Assembly: GCA_020628865.1 (NCBI GenBank)
Contig: JAHDEJ010000001.1
Location: 234,395 to 298,394 of the forward strand
Direction of reading: 5' to 3'
DNA: 64,000 bases
Source: Acidimicrobiales bacterium
GTDB taxonomy: Bacteria > Actinomycetota > Acidimicrobiia > Acidimicrobiales > SHLQ01
Program-made: the position numbers and the translations under genes
The notes under the pieces: model-generated
Databases searched by the model: none
What the model was told of the DNA's origin: nothing
The model's input: only the letters and a program-made list of their open reading frames with translations
Shown: positions 53,528 through 62,862 of the stretch, one piece after another
Layout of the letters: the number at the start of each line of letters is the position of its first letter
Position numbering within the stretch: the first letter of the stretch is position 1

Positions 53528-53628
53528 GTGGTGCCTGTGAGATCCGAACGAAGTTCGACCGCCCGCCGTGACAATCTTTGCAGACGAACACGCCGGAGCC
53601 TGTGTCGCCCACTCGATTTGCGGGGACG

Positions 53629-55008
53629 TCAGCCCGGGAGGAAGGCGTGCAGACCGCAGTAGACGGCCGGCTGGCTGGCGTCGGCGGCCGGGGCGGCAAC
53701 GGCGGCCACCGACGTGATCAGGACGATCAACCCGACAGCAGTCGCAACCGGAGCGACCCGCGAGCGAGCGGCGCCGGGTGCCGGTGGTTCGGGGGCCGGG
53801 CCCTCGTCCAGGAACAGGTGTACGACGGCGGCGAAGACGCCGAGCGCCACGGAGATCCACCACACCACGAGGTAGGAACCCGTGGTGTCGGCCAGGTAGC
53901 CGCCGAGCCAGGCGCCGATGAACGCGCCGATCTGGTGCCCCAGGAAGACGATGCCGAACAGCGCACCCGCGTTTGCCGTGCCGAACTGCTGGGCCACGAT
54001 TCCGCTGGTGAGCGGCACGGTCGTCAACCACAGCAGGCCGATCGCTGCACCGAAGATGAGGGTCGACCCGCTGCTCGCCGGCAGCAACACGAAGGCGGCG
54101 ATGACGACGGCACGCAGTCCGTAGACGATGGTGAGCAGCTTCGTTTTGCTGTGGCGGCCGCCCATCACGCCAGCCCAATAGGAACCGGCCATGTTGAACA
54201 GACCGATGAGCACCAGCGCCCACGCAGCGATGCTTCCCGGCTGGCCGAGGTCGCCGGTGTAGCTCTTCAGATGGGTGGCGATGAACGTCACGTGGAATCC
54301 GCAGACGAAGAACGCGGCATTCAGCATGAGGAAGCCGCGGGAGTGTGCGGCCTTGCGAAGGTCGTGGGCCAGCGGCGTCTTTTCCTCCATGACACCGACC
54401 GCACGGTTCTGGTCGTTTGCGTTCCCCCGAAAGAACGGTGTGCTCAGGAGCATCACCGCAAGCAGGATTCCGAGAAACACGGCGGCCGTGCGCCACCCCT
54501 GCTCATCGATCAGCCACTGCGTCACCGGAATCATCACGACCTGGCCCGCCGTCGTGAATGCCGTGGTCACTCCGAGCGCCCACGATCGACGCTCCTCGGG
54601 CACGAGCCGACTGACCGACGCCAGCACCACCGAGAACGATGCCGCCGCCATCCCGACGCCCACCAGGAAGCCAGTGGATAGATGGATCGTCCACGACTGT
54701 GTGGAGGCCCCCATGATGAACAGGCCGGACGCGTACACCACCGCCCCGAAGGCGAGGACCCGGGCGGCGCCGAAGCGGTCGGCGACGGCACCGGCGATCG
54801 GCTGGCCGATGCCCCACACGATCGCCTGGATGGCGATGGCGAGCCCGTACATCGCGCGGTCGGCGTCCAGGGCGTCGACCACCGGATCGAGGAACAGCCC
54901 GAAGGTTGCCCGAGCGCCCCCGCTGATGGCGGCGAGCCCGGTGCCGGCGATCATCAGCGCCCACAGCGGCGGGATGCGGAGACCGCCCTGCTCGTTCGTC
55001 GCTTGCAT
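53629..55008 (-). CDS. Major facilitator superfamily transporter
   Basis: About 12 hydrophobic segments and an MFS-like loop motif (GAVADRFGAARV). Confidence 0.8.
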   Translation of the reverse strand: MQATNEQGGLRIPPLWALMIAGTGLAAISGGARATFGLFLDPVVDALDADRAMYGLAIAIQAIVWGIGQPIAGAVADRFGAARVLAFGAVVYASGLFIMGASTQSWTIHLSTGFLVGVGMAAASFSVVLASVSRLVPEERRSWALGVTTAFTTAGQVVMIPVTQWLIDEQGWRTAAVFLGILLAVMLLSTPFFRGNANDQNRAVGVMEEKTPLAHDLRKAAHSRGFLMLNAAFFVCGFHVTFIATHLKSYTGDLGQPGSIAAWALVLIGLFNMAGSYWAGVMGGRHSKTKLLTIVYGLRAVVIAAFVLLPASSGSTLIFGAAIGLLWLTTVPLTSGIVAQQFGTANAGALFGIVFLGHQIGAFIGAWLGGYLADTTGSYLVVWWISVALGVFAAVVHLFLDEGPAPEPPAPGAARSRVAPVATAVGLIVLITSVAAVAAPAADASQPAVYCGLHAFLPG

Positions 55009-55017
55009 CAGCTCAAC

Positions 55018-55737
55018 CTATCCACCGATGCGATACGGCAACAGCCGTGCGTACATCGCCTCGGCCTCGTCGAGCGCGGGCGCGACCGCCGGCAGGAGCT
55101 CGACGTCCTTCGGAACGAACGGCTGCCAACCGGTGGATGTGTGGACACCGTCGTACCAATGCTTGGCCCACACACCGTCTTCCGGTTTCGGACCAGCGGG
55201 CCAGGTCAGCATCGACTCCTCGAACGCCAGCCCGACGCGGTCGCACAACTCGGTGAGCACGGCCCGGGGATCGGCCAGCAGGATCCGGGTGTCGATGACG
55301 ATCGGTTCCTCTCCGGCGGCGAGAAGGGTGTCGAGGATCTCCATCATCTCCGGGAAGCCGGTGTCGGCAATCGTGGCGTCGGGCAGACGCACCTGGAGCG
55401 ACGTGAGCATGTCGTGCGGTGCTCTGGTGAGGAGCACGTTCGTGAACTGGGCCAGGAACGACCGGTCCATCTCCACCAGATGCTTCGCCATCTGCTTGAA
55501 GAAGAGCACCGGAGTTCCGTGGTCGGCCAACATCACGTCTCTGACCACGGCGTCGCCGTCGTTGTCCTGCGAGGCGAGGACCTCGTCGTCACCGGGATGC
55601 TCCCGTCCGGTGACACGCAGATAGTGGGCGTAGATCGGCTCGTCGAACACCGTCGTGTCCGACCGTTCCCGCCACGAGTACATCATTGCGGTCGAGAGAT
55701 TCCGTGGGCTCGACCACATGTTGATGCGGAGCGTCAT
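55018..55737 (-). CDS. Sulfotransferase-like / P-loop-fold family protein of unknown function
   Basis: The N-terminus MWSSPRNLSTAMMYSW...VFDEPIYAHYL resembles a conserved sulfotransferase-like family. This is a recollection, not a search result. Confidence 0.4.
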   Translation of the reverse strand: MTLRINMWSSPRNLSTAMMYSWRERSDTTVFDEPIYAHYLRVTGREHPGDDEVLASQDNDGDAVVRDVMLADHGTPVLFFKQMAKHLVEMDRSFLAQFTNVLLTRAPHDMLTSLQVRLPDATIADTGFPEMMEILDTLLAAGEEPIVIDTRILLADPRAVLTELCDRVGLAFEESMLTWPAGPKPEDGVWAKHWYDGVHTSTGWQPFVPKDVELLPAVAPALDEAEAMYARLLPYRIGG

Positions 55738-55741
55738 TCGG

Positions 55742-56041
55742 TCAGAGCTGCTTCTTGCTCAAGCAGTCGTAGACGTGGATCGAACGTTCGGTGATACCGA
55801 AGTCCGCCATCTTCGCCTGGAAGGTGGCCATGTGCTCGGTCTGGCCATGAGCGGCGAGGTTCTCGGCCGTTTCCCACTCCTCGAAGAGGTGGAACAGACC
55901 GGGGTCGGCGAAGTCGGCGGAGAAGACGTAGGACACGCATCCCGTTTCCTGATGGGTGGCCTCCATCATCTCGGTTGCCGCCGCGATGGCGGCTTCCCGC
56001 TTGGCCGGGTCGAGACGGATCTTGCCTCCGATGACGAGCAT
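55742..56041 (-). CDS. Antibiotic-biosynthesis-monooxygenase (ABM, ferredoxin-like) domain protein
   Basis: About 99 aa with the pattern ...HQETGCVSYVFSADFADPGLFHLFEEWETAENLAAH, typical of ABM/Dabb domains. Start at ATG 56041. Confidence 0.6.
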   Translation of the reverse strand: MLVIGGKIRLDPAKREAAIAAATEMMEATHQETGCVSYVFSADFADPGLFHLFEEWETAENLAAHGQTEHMATFQAKMADFGITERSIHVYDCLSKKQL

Positions 56042-56106
56042 TGGTTCCCCTTTTCGTCCGCCGGTCGGCGGAGCCGTGTGCACGCCTCACATCGTAGGAT
56101 GCGGCG

Positions 56107-57414
56107 ATGGCCCACCTCCATCCGTTCACCGATCCGGTCGATGCCCAGGCGAACCCTCCCACCGTGATGGTGCAAGGCGATGGTTGCGCCGTGATCGACG
56201 ATGCGGGCAATCGCTACATCGATGCTGCGTCGGCGCTGTGGTGCGCATCGCTTGGGTTCTCCAACCAGCGGTTGATCGACGCGGCGACCGCCCAGATGCA
56301 GCAGCTGCCCTATTACCACAACTTCATGGGCCGGGTCGCCGAGCCAACGGAGCGCCTGGCCGAAGCGATCGTCGAGAAGTTGCCCGATGGAATGAACCAG
56401 GTGTTCTTCGGATGCAGCGGATCCGAGGCGGTCGACACCGCCATCAAACTGGCGCGCTTCCATCAGATCGGTCGGGGCCGGCCGGAGAAGCGGCTGATCC
56501 TTGCCCGCGAAGAGGCGTACCACGGCTCGGGCACGATGAGCGCCGCACTGTCGGCGGCCGATTACATGCACGACGGCTTCGATCTTCCGATGGACGGAGT
56601 CGTTCGGCTGGACAGCACGCATCATCGCCGTCACGCTCACGACGGCGAGAGCGAGGTCGACTTCTCCGCCCGTCGGGCCGCCGAGCTCGAGGAGACGATC
56701 CTGCGAATCGGCGCCGACAAGATCTGCGCCATGATCGGTGAACCCGTGATCGGGTCCGGGGGCGCGATCATTCCGCCCGAGGGGTATTGGGAAGAGATCC
56801 AGGCGGTGCTGCGGCGGCACGACATCCTCCTGATCGCCGACGAGATCATCACCGGGTTCGGACGCACCGGCGAATGGTTCGCGTGTCAGACGTACCGCAT
56901 CCAGCCGGACCTGTTGACCATGGCGAAGCAGCTGTCCGGCGCCTACTTCCCCATCTCCGGTGTGGCTGTGCACGACCACGTCCACGAGGTGATCTCGGCC
57001 CACGCTCACGAGCTCGGCACCCTCGGGCACGGCTTCACGTACGGCGGCCATCCTGTCGGCGCGGCGGTGGCGATGGAGGCGATCCGGATCTACGAAGAGA
57101 TGGACCTTCCCAATCACGTGAAGACGCTCGGTCGGCAGCTGGCTGACCGGTTGCGCCCGTTGGCTGACCATCCCGGTGTCGCCGAGATCCGTCAGGTCGG
57201 CCTCCTCGCCGCCATCGAGTTCGAGCCACGAGGCGAGGTCGGTGAGGCCGCCGGTGCGGTCCGTGCCGAGGCCGAAGCCAACGGTGTGATCTTCCGTCCG
57301 ATTGGCGACACACTCGCAATCGCACCGCCGTACGTCGTCACCCCCGAAGAGCTGGACCACATCGTGGACGTGATGGTGGCCAGCATCGATTCCACGATTG
57401 GAGCCTTCTCATGA
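56107..57414 (+). CDS. Class III (omega) PLP-dependent aminotransferase
   Basis: GSEAVDTAIKLAR, LIADEIITGFGRTGEWFA, MAKQL (PLP Lys region), and TYGGHP. Confidence 0.85.
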   Translation: MAHLHPFTDPVDAQANPPTVMVQGDGCAVIDDAGNRYIDAASALWCASLGFSNQRLIDAATAQMQQLPYYHNFMGRVAEPTERLAEAIVEKLPDGMNQVFFGCSGSEAVDTAIKLARFHQIGRGRPEKRLILAREEAYHGSGTMSAALSAADYMHDGFDLPMDGVVRLDSTHHRRHAHDGESEVDFSARRAAELEETILRIGADKICAMIGEPVIGSGGAIIPPEGYWEEIQAVLRRHDILLIADEIITGFGRTGEWFACQTYRIQPDLLTMAKQLSGAYFPISGVAVHDHVHEVISAHAHELGTLGHGFTYGGHPVGAAVAMEAIRIYEEMDLPNHVKTLGRQLADRLRPLADHPGVAEIRQVGLLAAIEFEPRGEVGEAAGAVRAEAEANGVIFRPIGDTLAIAPPYVVTPEELDHIVDVMVASIDSTIGAFS

Positions 57415-58277
57415 CCAGCATCACGGTCGCCGCGACGCAGATGTCGTGCACCTGGGATCACGACGCCAACCTCGAGAAGGCGGCCGGCCTGATCCGCAGC
57501 GCGGCCGGGTCCGGGGCGCAGGTCGTCCTGCTGCAGGAGAGCTTCGCCTGGCCGATGTTCATGTTCGGCGACTGGAAGGGCGACCACTTTGCCCTGGCCG
57601 AGCCGGTCGACGGCCCGACCGTCTCGTTCGCGAGGGAGCTTGCGGCCGACCTGGGCGTCGTGCTGATCGCCAACTTCTTCGAGCGGGCGAACACGGCGCA
57701 CTTCAACACGAACGCCATCGTCGACGCAGACGGGTCGCTGCTGGGGACGTACCGCAAGTCGCACATCCCGGGCGGACCGCCGAGCTGCTACGAGAAGATG
57801 TACACGAACCCCGGCGACACGGGCTTCCGGGTGTGGGACACGGCATTCGGCCGAATCGGTGCCGGCATCTGCTGGGATCAGTGGTTCCCGGAATCGGCGC
57901 GGATCATGGCGCTCCAGGGGGCGGAGGTCCTGTTCTATCCGTCGGCGATCGGGTCGGACTGCCACACGCATTGGCAGACGGTGATGCGGGGACACGCCGG
58001 CGCAAACCTGATGCCGTTGGTGTGTTCGAACCGGGTCGGGTTCGAGGAAGGCGATCTCGGTTCGACGACGTTCTGGGGTCGATCGTTCATCGCCGATCCG
58101 CGCACCGAGGTCGTGGCCGAGGCGGACGACCATTCGGACATGTTCGTGTCGGCGTCGTTCGACCTGGAGGAGATCCGGGCACTCCGTGACGAGTGGGCGG
58201 TCTTCCGCGACCGGCGCCCCGAGCTCTACGCTCCACTCCTCACCAGCGACGGCACCACGCCCCTTCCACCCCGCTGA
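57411..58277 (+). CDS. aguB: Carbon-nitrogen hydrolase, N-carbamoylputrescine amidase-like
   Basis: Nitrilase-superfamily Glu (VVLLQE), Lys (YRKSHIP) and Cys (GAGICWDQWFPE). ATGA overlap with the aminotransferase gene. Confidence 0.65.
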   Translation: MTSITVAATQMSCTWDHDANLEKAAGLIRSAAGSGAQVVLLQESFAWPMFMFGDWKGDHFALAEPVDGPTVSFARELAADLGVVLIANFFERANTAHFNTNAIVDADGSLLGTYRKSHIPGGPPSCYEKMYTNPGDTGFRVWDTAFGRIGAGICWDQWFPESARIMALQGAEVLFYPSAIGSDCHTHWQTVMRGHAGANLMPLVCSNRVGFEEGDLGSTTFWGRSFIADPRTEVVAEADDHSDMFVSASFDLEEIRALRDEWAVFRDRRPELYAPLLTSDGTTPLPPR

Positions 58278-58367
58278 CCAAACCCCTTCCGCGCATAGGG
58301 GTCAGAGCACAATTCGTCACATTTGTCTGGCCCAACCCCGCGACACCTGCAAATTCAACAGATTTTG

Positions 58368-58414
58368 AAAAGGGCTCTGACCCCTGGAGCGCTCCAGGGG
58401 TCAGAGCCCTTTTT
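58368..58414. terminator. Bidirectional intrinsic terminator between convergent genes
   Basis: Perfect hairpin AAAAGGGCTCTGACCCCTGGAGC / GCTCCAGGGGTCAGAGCCCTTTT with an A-tract on one side and a T-tract on the other. A second hairpin lies at 58428-58464 (ggagctgg.tgctg / cagca.ccagctcc). Confidence 0.75.
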
Positions 58415-58502
58415 GGAAGAGGGTGTTGGAGCTGGCTGCTGACCAGACTGCAGCAACCAGCTCCGTACGTGATTCGTTGGCTGGGGCCTCGCCAGATGCA
58501 GA

Positions 58503-59423
58503 TCAGCGAGCTGCGACGTCGGCGGCGATCGCTTCGCGGTAGAGCTCGATGAGGCGCTCCGTCATCGGTCCGATGCCATCGCCCTCGCCGATCGTCCGGC
58601 CATCGACCTCCCGCACCGGTGTCAGCCCGCCGAAGGTCCCGGTCACGAACACCTCGTCTGCCGCATAGACGTCTGTCAGCGAGAAGTCCTTCTCGAACGC
58701 CGGGATGCCGGCCGCTCTCGCCGTCTCGATCACGAGCGCCCGGGTGATTCCCGGCAGGTTGTAGAAGCCGGTCGACGTCCACACCTCACCCTTCTTCACG
58801 ATGAAGAAGTTCGTGGCGTTGCAGGTGGCGACCGCCCCGTTCACGTCGAGCATCAAGGCCTCGTCCGCACCGGCCCCAACCGCCTGGATGAGCGCAATCA
58901 CCTCGTGCAGCTTCGAATGACAGTTGAGATTCTGATCCAGCACGTCCGGACCCGGACGCCGCACGGTCGCGGTGAACAGCGAGATGCCCTGGTTGGCGAC
59001 CGTCGGATCGGCCTTCTTGTGTTCGGCGATGATCACCACATTGGGTCCGCCAATCACATTCGATGGATGTTGCGAGGGCGTCTTCTTGTCGCCGCGGGTG
59101 ATCATCAGCCGGACGTGCACGTTGTCGTCCATGCCGTTGCGATCCACCGTTGCCTGCAGGGCCGCCGTGATCTCTTCCCTCGTTCCGATGTCGAGGTGGA
59201 TCGCCTTCGCCCCGGCGAAGAGACGGTCCAGATGGCGGTCGAGGAAGGCGAACTTGCCGTGGTGCAGCCGAATCCCCTCCCAGATCCCGTCGCCCACGAG
59301 GAATCCGCTGTCGAACACCGAGATCTTCGCTTCGCTCCGGTGGAAGAACTCGCCGTTGATCCAGATCTGCACATCGGCGTTCCGATCGTCGGCCACCGCA
59401 GCGTGCGTGCTCTTAGTCGTCAT
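58503..59423 (-). CDS. Class IV PLP aminotransferase (branched-chain / D-amino-acid aminotransferase family)
   Basis: ISVFDSGFLVGDGIWEGIR, FLDRHLDRL, and the fold-type IV pattern through ...VFVTGTFGGLTPVREVDG. Confidence 0.8.
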   Translation of the reverse strand: MTTKSTHAAVADDRNADVQIWINGEFFHRSEAKISVFDSGFLVGDGIWEGIRLHHGKFAFLDRHLDRLFAGAKAIHLDIGTREEITAALQATVDRNGMDDNVHVRLMITRGDKKTPSQHPSNVIGGPNVVIIAEHKKADPTVANQGISLFTATVRRPGPDVLDQNLNCHSKLHEVIALIQAVGAGADEALMLDVNGAVATCNATNFFIVKKGEVWTSTGFYNLPGITRALVIETARAAGIPAFEKDFSLTDVYAADEVFVTGTFGGLTPVREVDGRTIGEGDGIGPMTERLIELYREAIAADVAAR

Positions 59424-59469
59424 GGGCCAACCCTACGCGCCGGCATCCCCATCGCTCCGATCCGGACAA

Positions 59470-59560
59470 GGTGCCTGGCACCATGCGCAGTCAAACGTGC
59501 CTGGCACCATTGCACCCCGAAGAGGCCTGGCACCTTTTGGGGCAAAAGGTGCCAGGCACC
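59470..59560. repeat. Array of four 13-bp palindromes GGTGCC(T/A)GGCACC with centres exactly 26 bp apart (59476, 59502, 59528, 59554)
   Basis: Direct indexing gives ggtgccTggcacc, cgtgccTggcacc, gaggccTggcacc and ggtgccAggcacc. Copies 3 and 4 also form a 14-bp perfect hairpin (59525-59538 / 59544-59557). Confidence 0.85.
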
Positions 59561-59562
59561 AT

Positions 59563-62500
59563 TCAGACGATGAGGTTGCCGAATCGATGGAGGGTGCGGC
59601 TCACGGCCTGCTCGCGGACGTAGTGAAGCAGCTCGAACCGCCCGAACCGCGAGACCTGCGCCGTAGCCAGGTGGACGCCGACCGAATTGGCTGCCGCGTG
59701 GTCCTCGGGCGACGGGACCTCGCCCACCACACGAATGCGCTCCACGCCGGCTGACCCGATACGTGTGGCGAAGTCAGCCAGCGACTCGTCTGGGGCCGGC
59801 ACCACCGACTGCACAGCGCACACCTGCATCGCCGCATCCACCAGCTCCCGTTCGTGCTCGGACGCATCCGCACCGAACCACAGGCCCACACGCTGCAGCC
59901 CGCGATACCGGAAGACGTTCGCCTCGCAGAACAGACCGGTCGGATCGTGCTCCACCGCGAAGTGTTCGGCCCAGACTCTGGAATAGTCGTGCGGTCCGGG
60001 GGCATCGTCGCCCCAGCCGCCAAGCTGGCGCACATAGTTCGGCCCTCCGGCCTTCGCTCCCGGCCCGATCGACGACCGCTTCCAGCCGCCGAATGGCTGG
60101 CGTTGCACGATCGCGCCGGTGATCGGCCGGTTGACGTAGGCATTGCCCACCTCGACCGCATCCAGCCAACGATCGACCTCGGAGGGGTCGAGGGTGTGGA
60201 TTCCACCGGTGAGCCCGAAGTCGCTCGAGTTGGCGAGTGCGATGGCCGATTCGAGATCCGGAACGTGCATGAGGCCCAACACGGGGCCGAAGCACTCCGT
60301 GCGATGGAACCACGACCCGGGCTGCACGCCGTCTCGGACGCCCGGGCTCCACAGATCGCCCTCGATGTGGCGCGGCTCGACCAGCCACCGCTCCCCTGCC
60401 TCCAGACGGTCGAACGCCTGAGCCAACCGCTCGTTGGCCGGGCCGATCAGCGGCCCCATTGTGGTTTCGATCGACGACGATGCACCCAGTTCGATGCTCT
60501 CGACCGCGTCAATCAGCTGCCGTCGGAAGCGCTCGGACTGCCCGACGTCGCCGACGAGGATTGCAACGCTTGCGGCCGAGCACTTCTGGCCGCTGTGCCC
60601 GAACGCAGACTGCACGAGATCGGCGACCGCCAGATCGAGGTCGGCGTTCGGCGTGATGATCAGTGCGTTCTTGCCCGATGTCTCGGCGAGCAGGCGCAGG
60701 TCCGGCTTCCACGAACGGAAGAGGTCCGCCGTCTCCGTGGACCCGGTCAGGATCACGGCGTCGACGGAGGTGACGAGCCGCTGGCCGACCTCATTGTCCG
60801 GCGTCCGCACGAACTGGAGCACGTCGGCGGGAATGCCGGCGGCGTGACACGCCTCGGCGACGATCTCGGCGCACCGTGGTGTCTCGGGCGCAGGCTTGAA
60901 GATCACGGAGTTTCCAGCCGCAAGCGCAGCGGTGACCCCGCCGGTCGGGATCGCGACGGGGAAGTTCCATGGCGGGATCACGCCGACCACCCCGAACGGA
61001 GAGAAGGTACGACCCGACTCCTCGAGTTCGATGGCCCGGTCGCCGTAGTAGCGGGCGAAGTCGATGGCTTCAGCGACCTCGCCGTCGGCTTCGACGAACG
61101 TCTTGCGACCCTCGTGAAGCATCGTGGCGATCAGCTCGCCGCGCCGGTGGGCGAGTTCGTCGGCGACACGGTGCAACGTTTGCTGTCGCTCCGACGCCGA
61201 CACACGCTGCCAGCGTTCCGCTCCGCCCCGGGCTCGTTCGAGCACGGCGTCGATGCCCGGAATTGTGGTGGTTATCGGCGCTTGTGCCGAGCCGGCTTCG
61301 AGCTCAAGGACCGACTGGATCCAAAGCTGGTTCTCCGGGCCGTTGGGATCTGTCTCCGGTTCATTGCGGAACGGTTCGCCGACCGCGTACGCGGCAACCG
61401 GTGGCGCCAGTCGATTCTGCGACCGGCGTCGACCGACGGGCAGCCCGTCCATCAAGGCGAGCGAAGTTCGAAAGACGTTGGCCTGCTCGGCAAAGACCGG
61501 CCCGGTGGGCTCGAGGTCGAAGAGATGCCGAAGGAAGTTCTCGTCCGACGCGTTCTCCTCCAGCCGACGGAAGAGGTAGCTGATCGCGACATCGAAGTCT
61601 TCGGATCGCACCGCCGGCGTGTACAGCAACACCGGACCATGGTCGGCGCCGGCCTCGGCAACGGTGGCGGCCTGCGCCGGCGCCATGCCTTGCAGCATCT
61701 CGAACTGCACCCGGTCCCGTACCCCACGAGCGTCGGCGAGCAGGTGGGTCCAGGCGACGTCGAACAGATTGTGCGAGGCGAGACCGAGTCGCAGCCCGGC
61801 CATGCGGTCGGGGTGCAACAGCCAGTCGACACACCGCTTGTAGTTGGCGTCGGCTTCGACCTTGCGCTCGTAGGGCGCCTGCTCCCATCCGTGCATGGCA
61901 GCGTCGACGCGTTCCATGGCAAGGTTCGCTCCCTTCACCAGCCGCACCTTGATCACACCGCCGCCGGCCGCATGGCGAGCGTTCGCCCACTCGGCCAGCC
62001 GTTGCAGGGCCGGCAGCGCGTCCGGAAGGTAGGCCTGCAGCACGATGCCTGCATCCATGTGGTGACGCTCGTCTGCTCCGAGCACGTCCATGAAGGCCTG
62101 GAGGGTCAGTTCGAGGTCGTGGTATTCCTCCATGTCGACGTTGACGAACGTCGGAGGGGTGACGGTTGCGGCCCGGTCCATGAGCTGGGCGAGCCGTTCG
62201 GTGACCCGACGGAGACTGTCGTCGTGGGCCCAGTGGTTGAGTTGGGAAGCGACCGCCGAGATCTTCGCGGACACGTAGTCGACGTCGGGTTGCCCAAGCA
62301 GGTCGAGGAGTTCATCGAGTCTGCGGGCCGCCTCCCGCTCGCCGAGGACAGCCTCGCCGAGCAGATTGACGTTGAGCGCCCACCCGCCGCTTCGTTGGGC
62401 GGCGAGGTGTTCGGCGAGCTTCGTCGATTCGGCCGGAGCGACGAGGTGCCCGACGATCGATCGCATCCGGCGCCGCGCCAACGGCATGACGAGCGACGGC

Positions 62501-62811
62501 AGGACGGGTCCGATGCGAGCACCGGCCCGCAACAATATCCGATCCGCGGCATTCAGGAAGCCCGGCAACGGACCGTCGGCGACCACGGCGGCCAGCTGGG
62601 CAGCGGCCACCCGATGATCGTCCGGCCGGACCACGCGGTCGACGAAGGCCATGACGAAACGAGTGGAGGCCTCGTCGGTCACGACACCTTCCAGCTGTTC
62701 GAGTGTCGCCCGGTCGGCTGCAGTCTCGAGTTCGCTTGCTCGCCGCAACCATTCAGCGACGAGTTCCACGGCCGCCTCGGCGTCCACGGTGGGGATGCTG
62801 GTGTCCATCAT
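59563..62811 (-). CDS. putA: Bifunctional proline dehydrogenase / L-glutamate-gamma-semialdehyde dehydrogenase
   Basis: The N-terminal half is PRODH-like (VKGANL..., YLFRRLEEN). The C-terminal half is ALDH (PWNFP, ETSGKNA, GHSGQKCSAAS). Confidence 0.88.
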   Translation of the reverse strand: MMDTSIPTVDAEAAVELVAEWLRRASELETAADRATLEQLEGVVTDEASTRFVMAFVDRVVRPDDHRVAAAQLAAVVADGPLPGFLNAADRILLRAGARIGPVLPSLVMPLARRRMRSIVGHLVAPAESTKLAEHLAAQRSGGWALNVNLLGEAVLGEREAARRLDELLDLLGQPDVDYVSAKISAVASQLNHWAHDDSLRRVTERLAQLMDRAATVTPPTFVNVDMEEYHDLELTLQAFMDVLGADERHHMDAGIVLQAYLPDALPALQRLAEWANARHAAGGGVIKVRLVKGANLAMERVDAAMHGWEQAPYERKVEADANYKRCVDWLLHPDRMAGLRLGLASHNLFDVAWTHLLADARGVRDRVQFEMLQGMAPAQAATVAEAGADHGPVLLYTPAVRSEDFDVAISYLFRRLEENASDENFLRHLFDLEPTGPVFAEQANVFRTSLALMDGLPVGRRRSQNRLAPPVAAYAVGEPFRNEPETDPNGPENQLWIQSVLELEAGSAQAPITTTIPGIDAVLERARGGAERWQRVSASERQQTLHRVADELAHRRGELIATMLHEGRKTFVEADGEVAEAIDFARYYGDRAIELEESGRTFSPFGVVGVIPPWNFPVAIPTGGVTAALAAGNSVIFKPAPETPRCAEIVAEACHAAGIPADVLQFVRTPDNEVGQRLVTSVDAVILTGSTETADLFRSWKPDLRLLAETSGKNALIITPNADLDLAVADLVQSAFGHSGQKCSAASVAILVGDVGQSERFRRQLIDAVESIELGASSSIETTMGPLIGPANERLAQAFDRLEAGERWLVEPRHIEGDLWSPGVRDGVQPGSWFHRTECFGPVLGLMHVPDLESAIALANSSDFGLTGGIHTLDPSEVDRWLDAVEVGNAYVNRPITGAIVQRQPFGGWKRSSIGPGAKAGGPNYVRQLGGWGDDAPGPHDYSRVWAEHFAVEHDPTGLFCEANVFRYRGLQRVGLWFGADASEHERELVDAAMQVCAVQSVVPAPDESLADFATRIGSAGVERIRVVGEVPSPEDHAAANSVGVHLATAQVSRFGRFELLHYVREQAVSRTLHRFGNLIV

Positions 62812-62862
62812 CTCTCCATCGTCCGGGATCGCAAGCGAACCGTCTTGTACGATCCGCCCACG

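Noticed and set aside
53528-54496. 323-codon N-terminal extension of the 1198-aa minus-strand ORF
   Set aside because: It overlaps the MFS transporter gene on the same strand in another frame and is Arg-rich. A signal peptide follows ATG 53527.
59470-59560. Possible mini-CRISPR array or sigma-54 promoter (TGGCAC)
   Set aside because: The 13-bp units and 13-bp spacers are far too short for CRISPR, and there are no cas genes. The GG-to-GC spacing is off by one from the -24/-12 consensus, and actinobacteria generally lack RpoN.
59854-62862. First ~1000 codons of the 1256-aa plus-strand ORF
   Set aside because: It is antisense to putA. Only the terminal AraC/PAS portion from ATG 62863 is credible.
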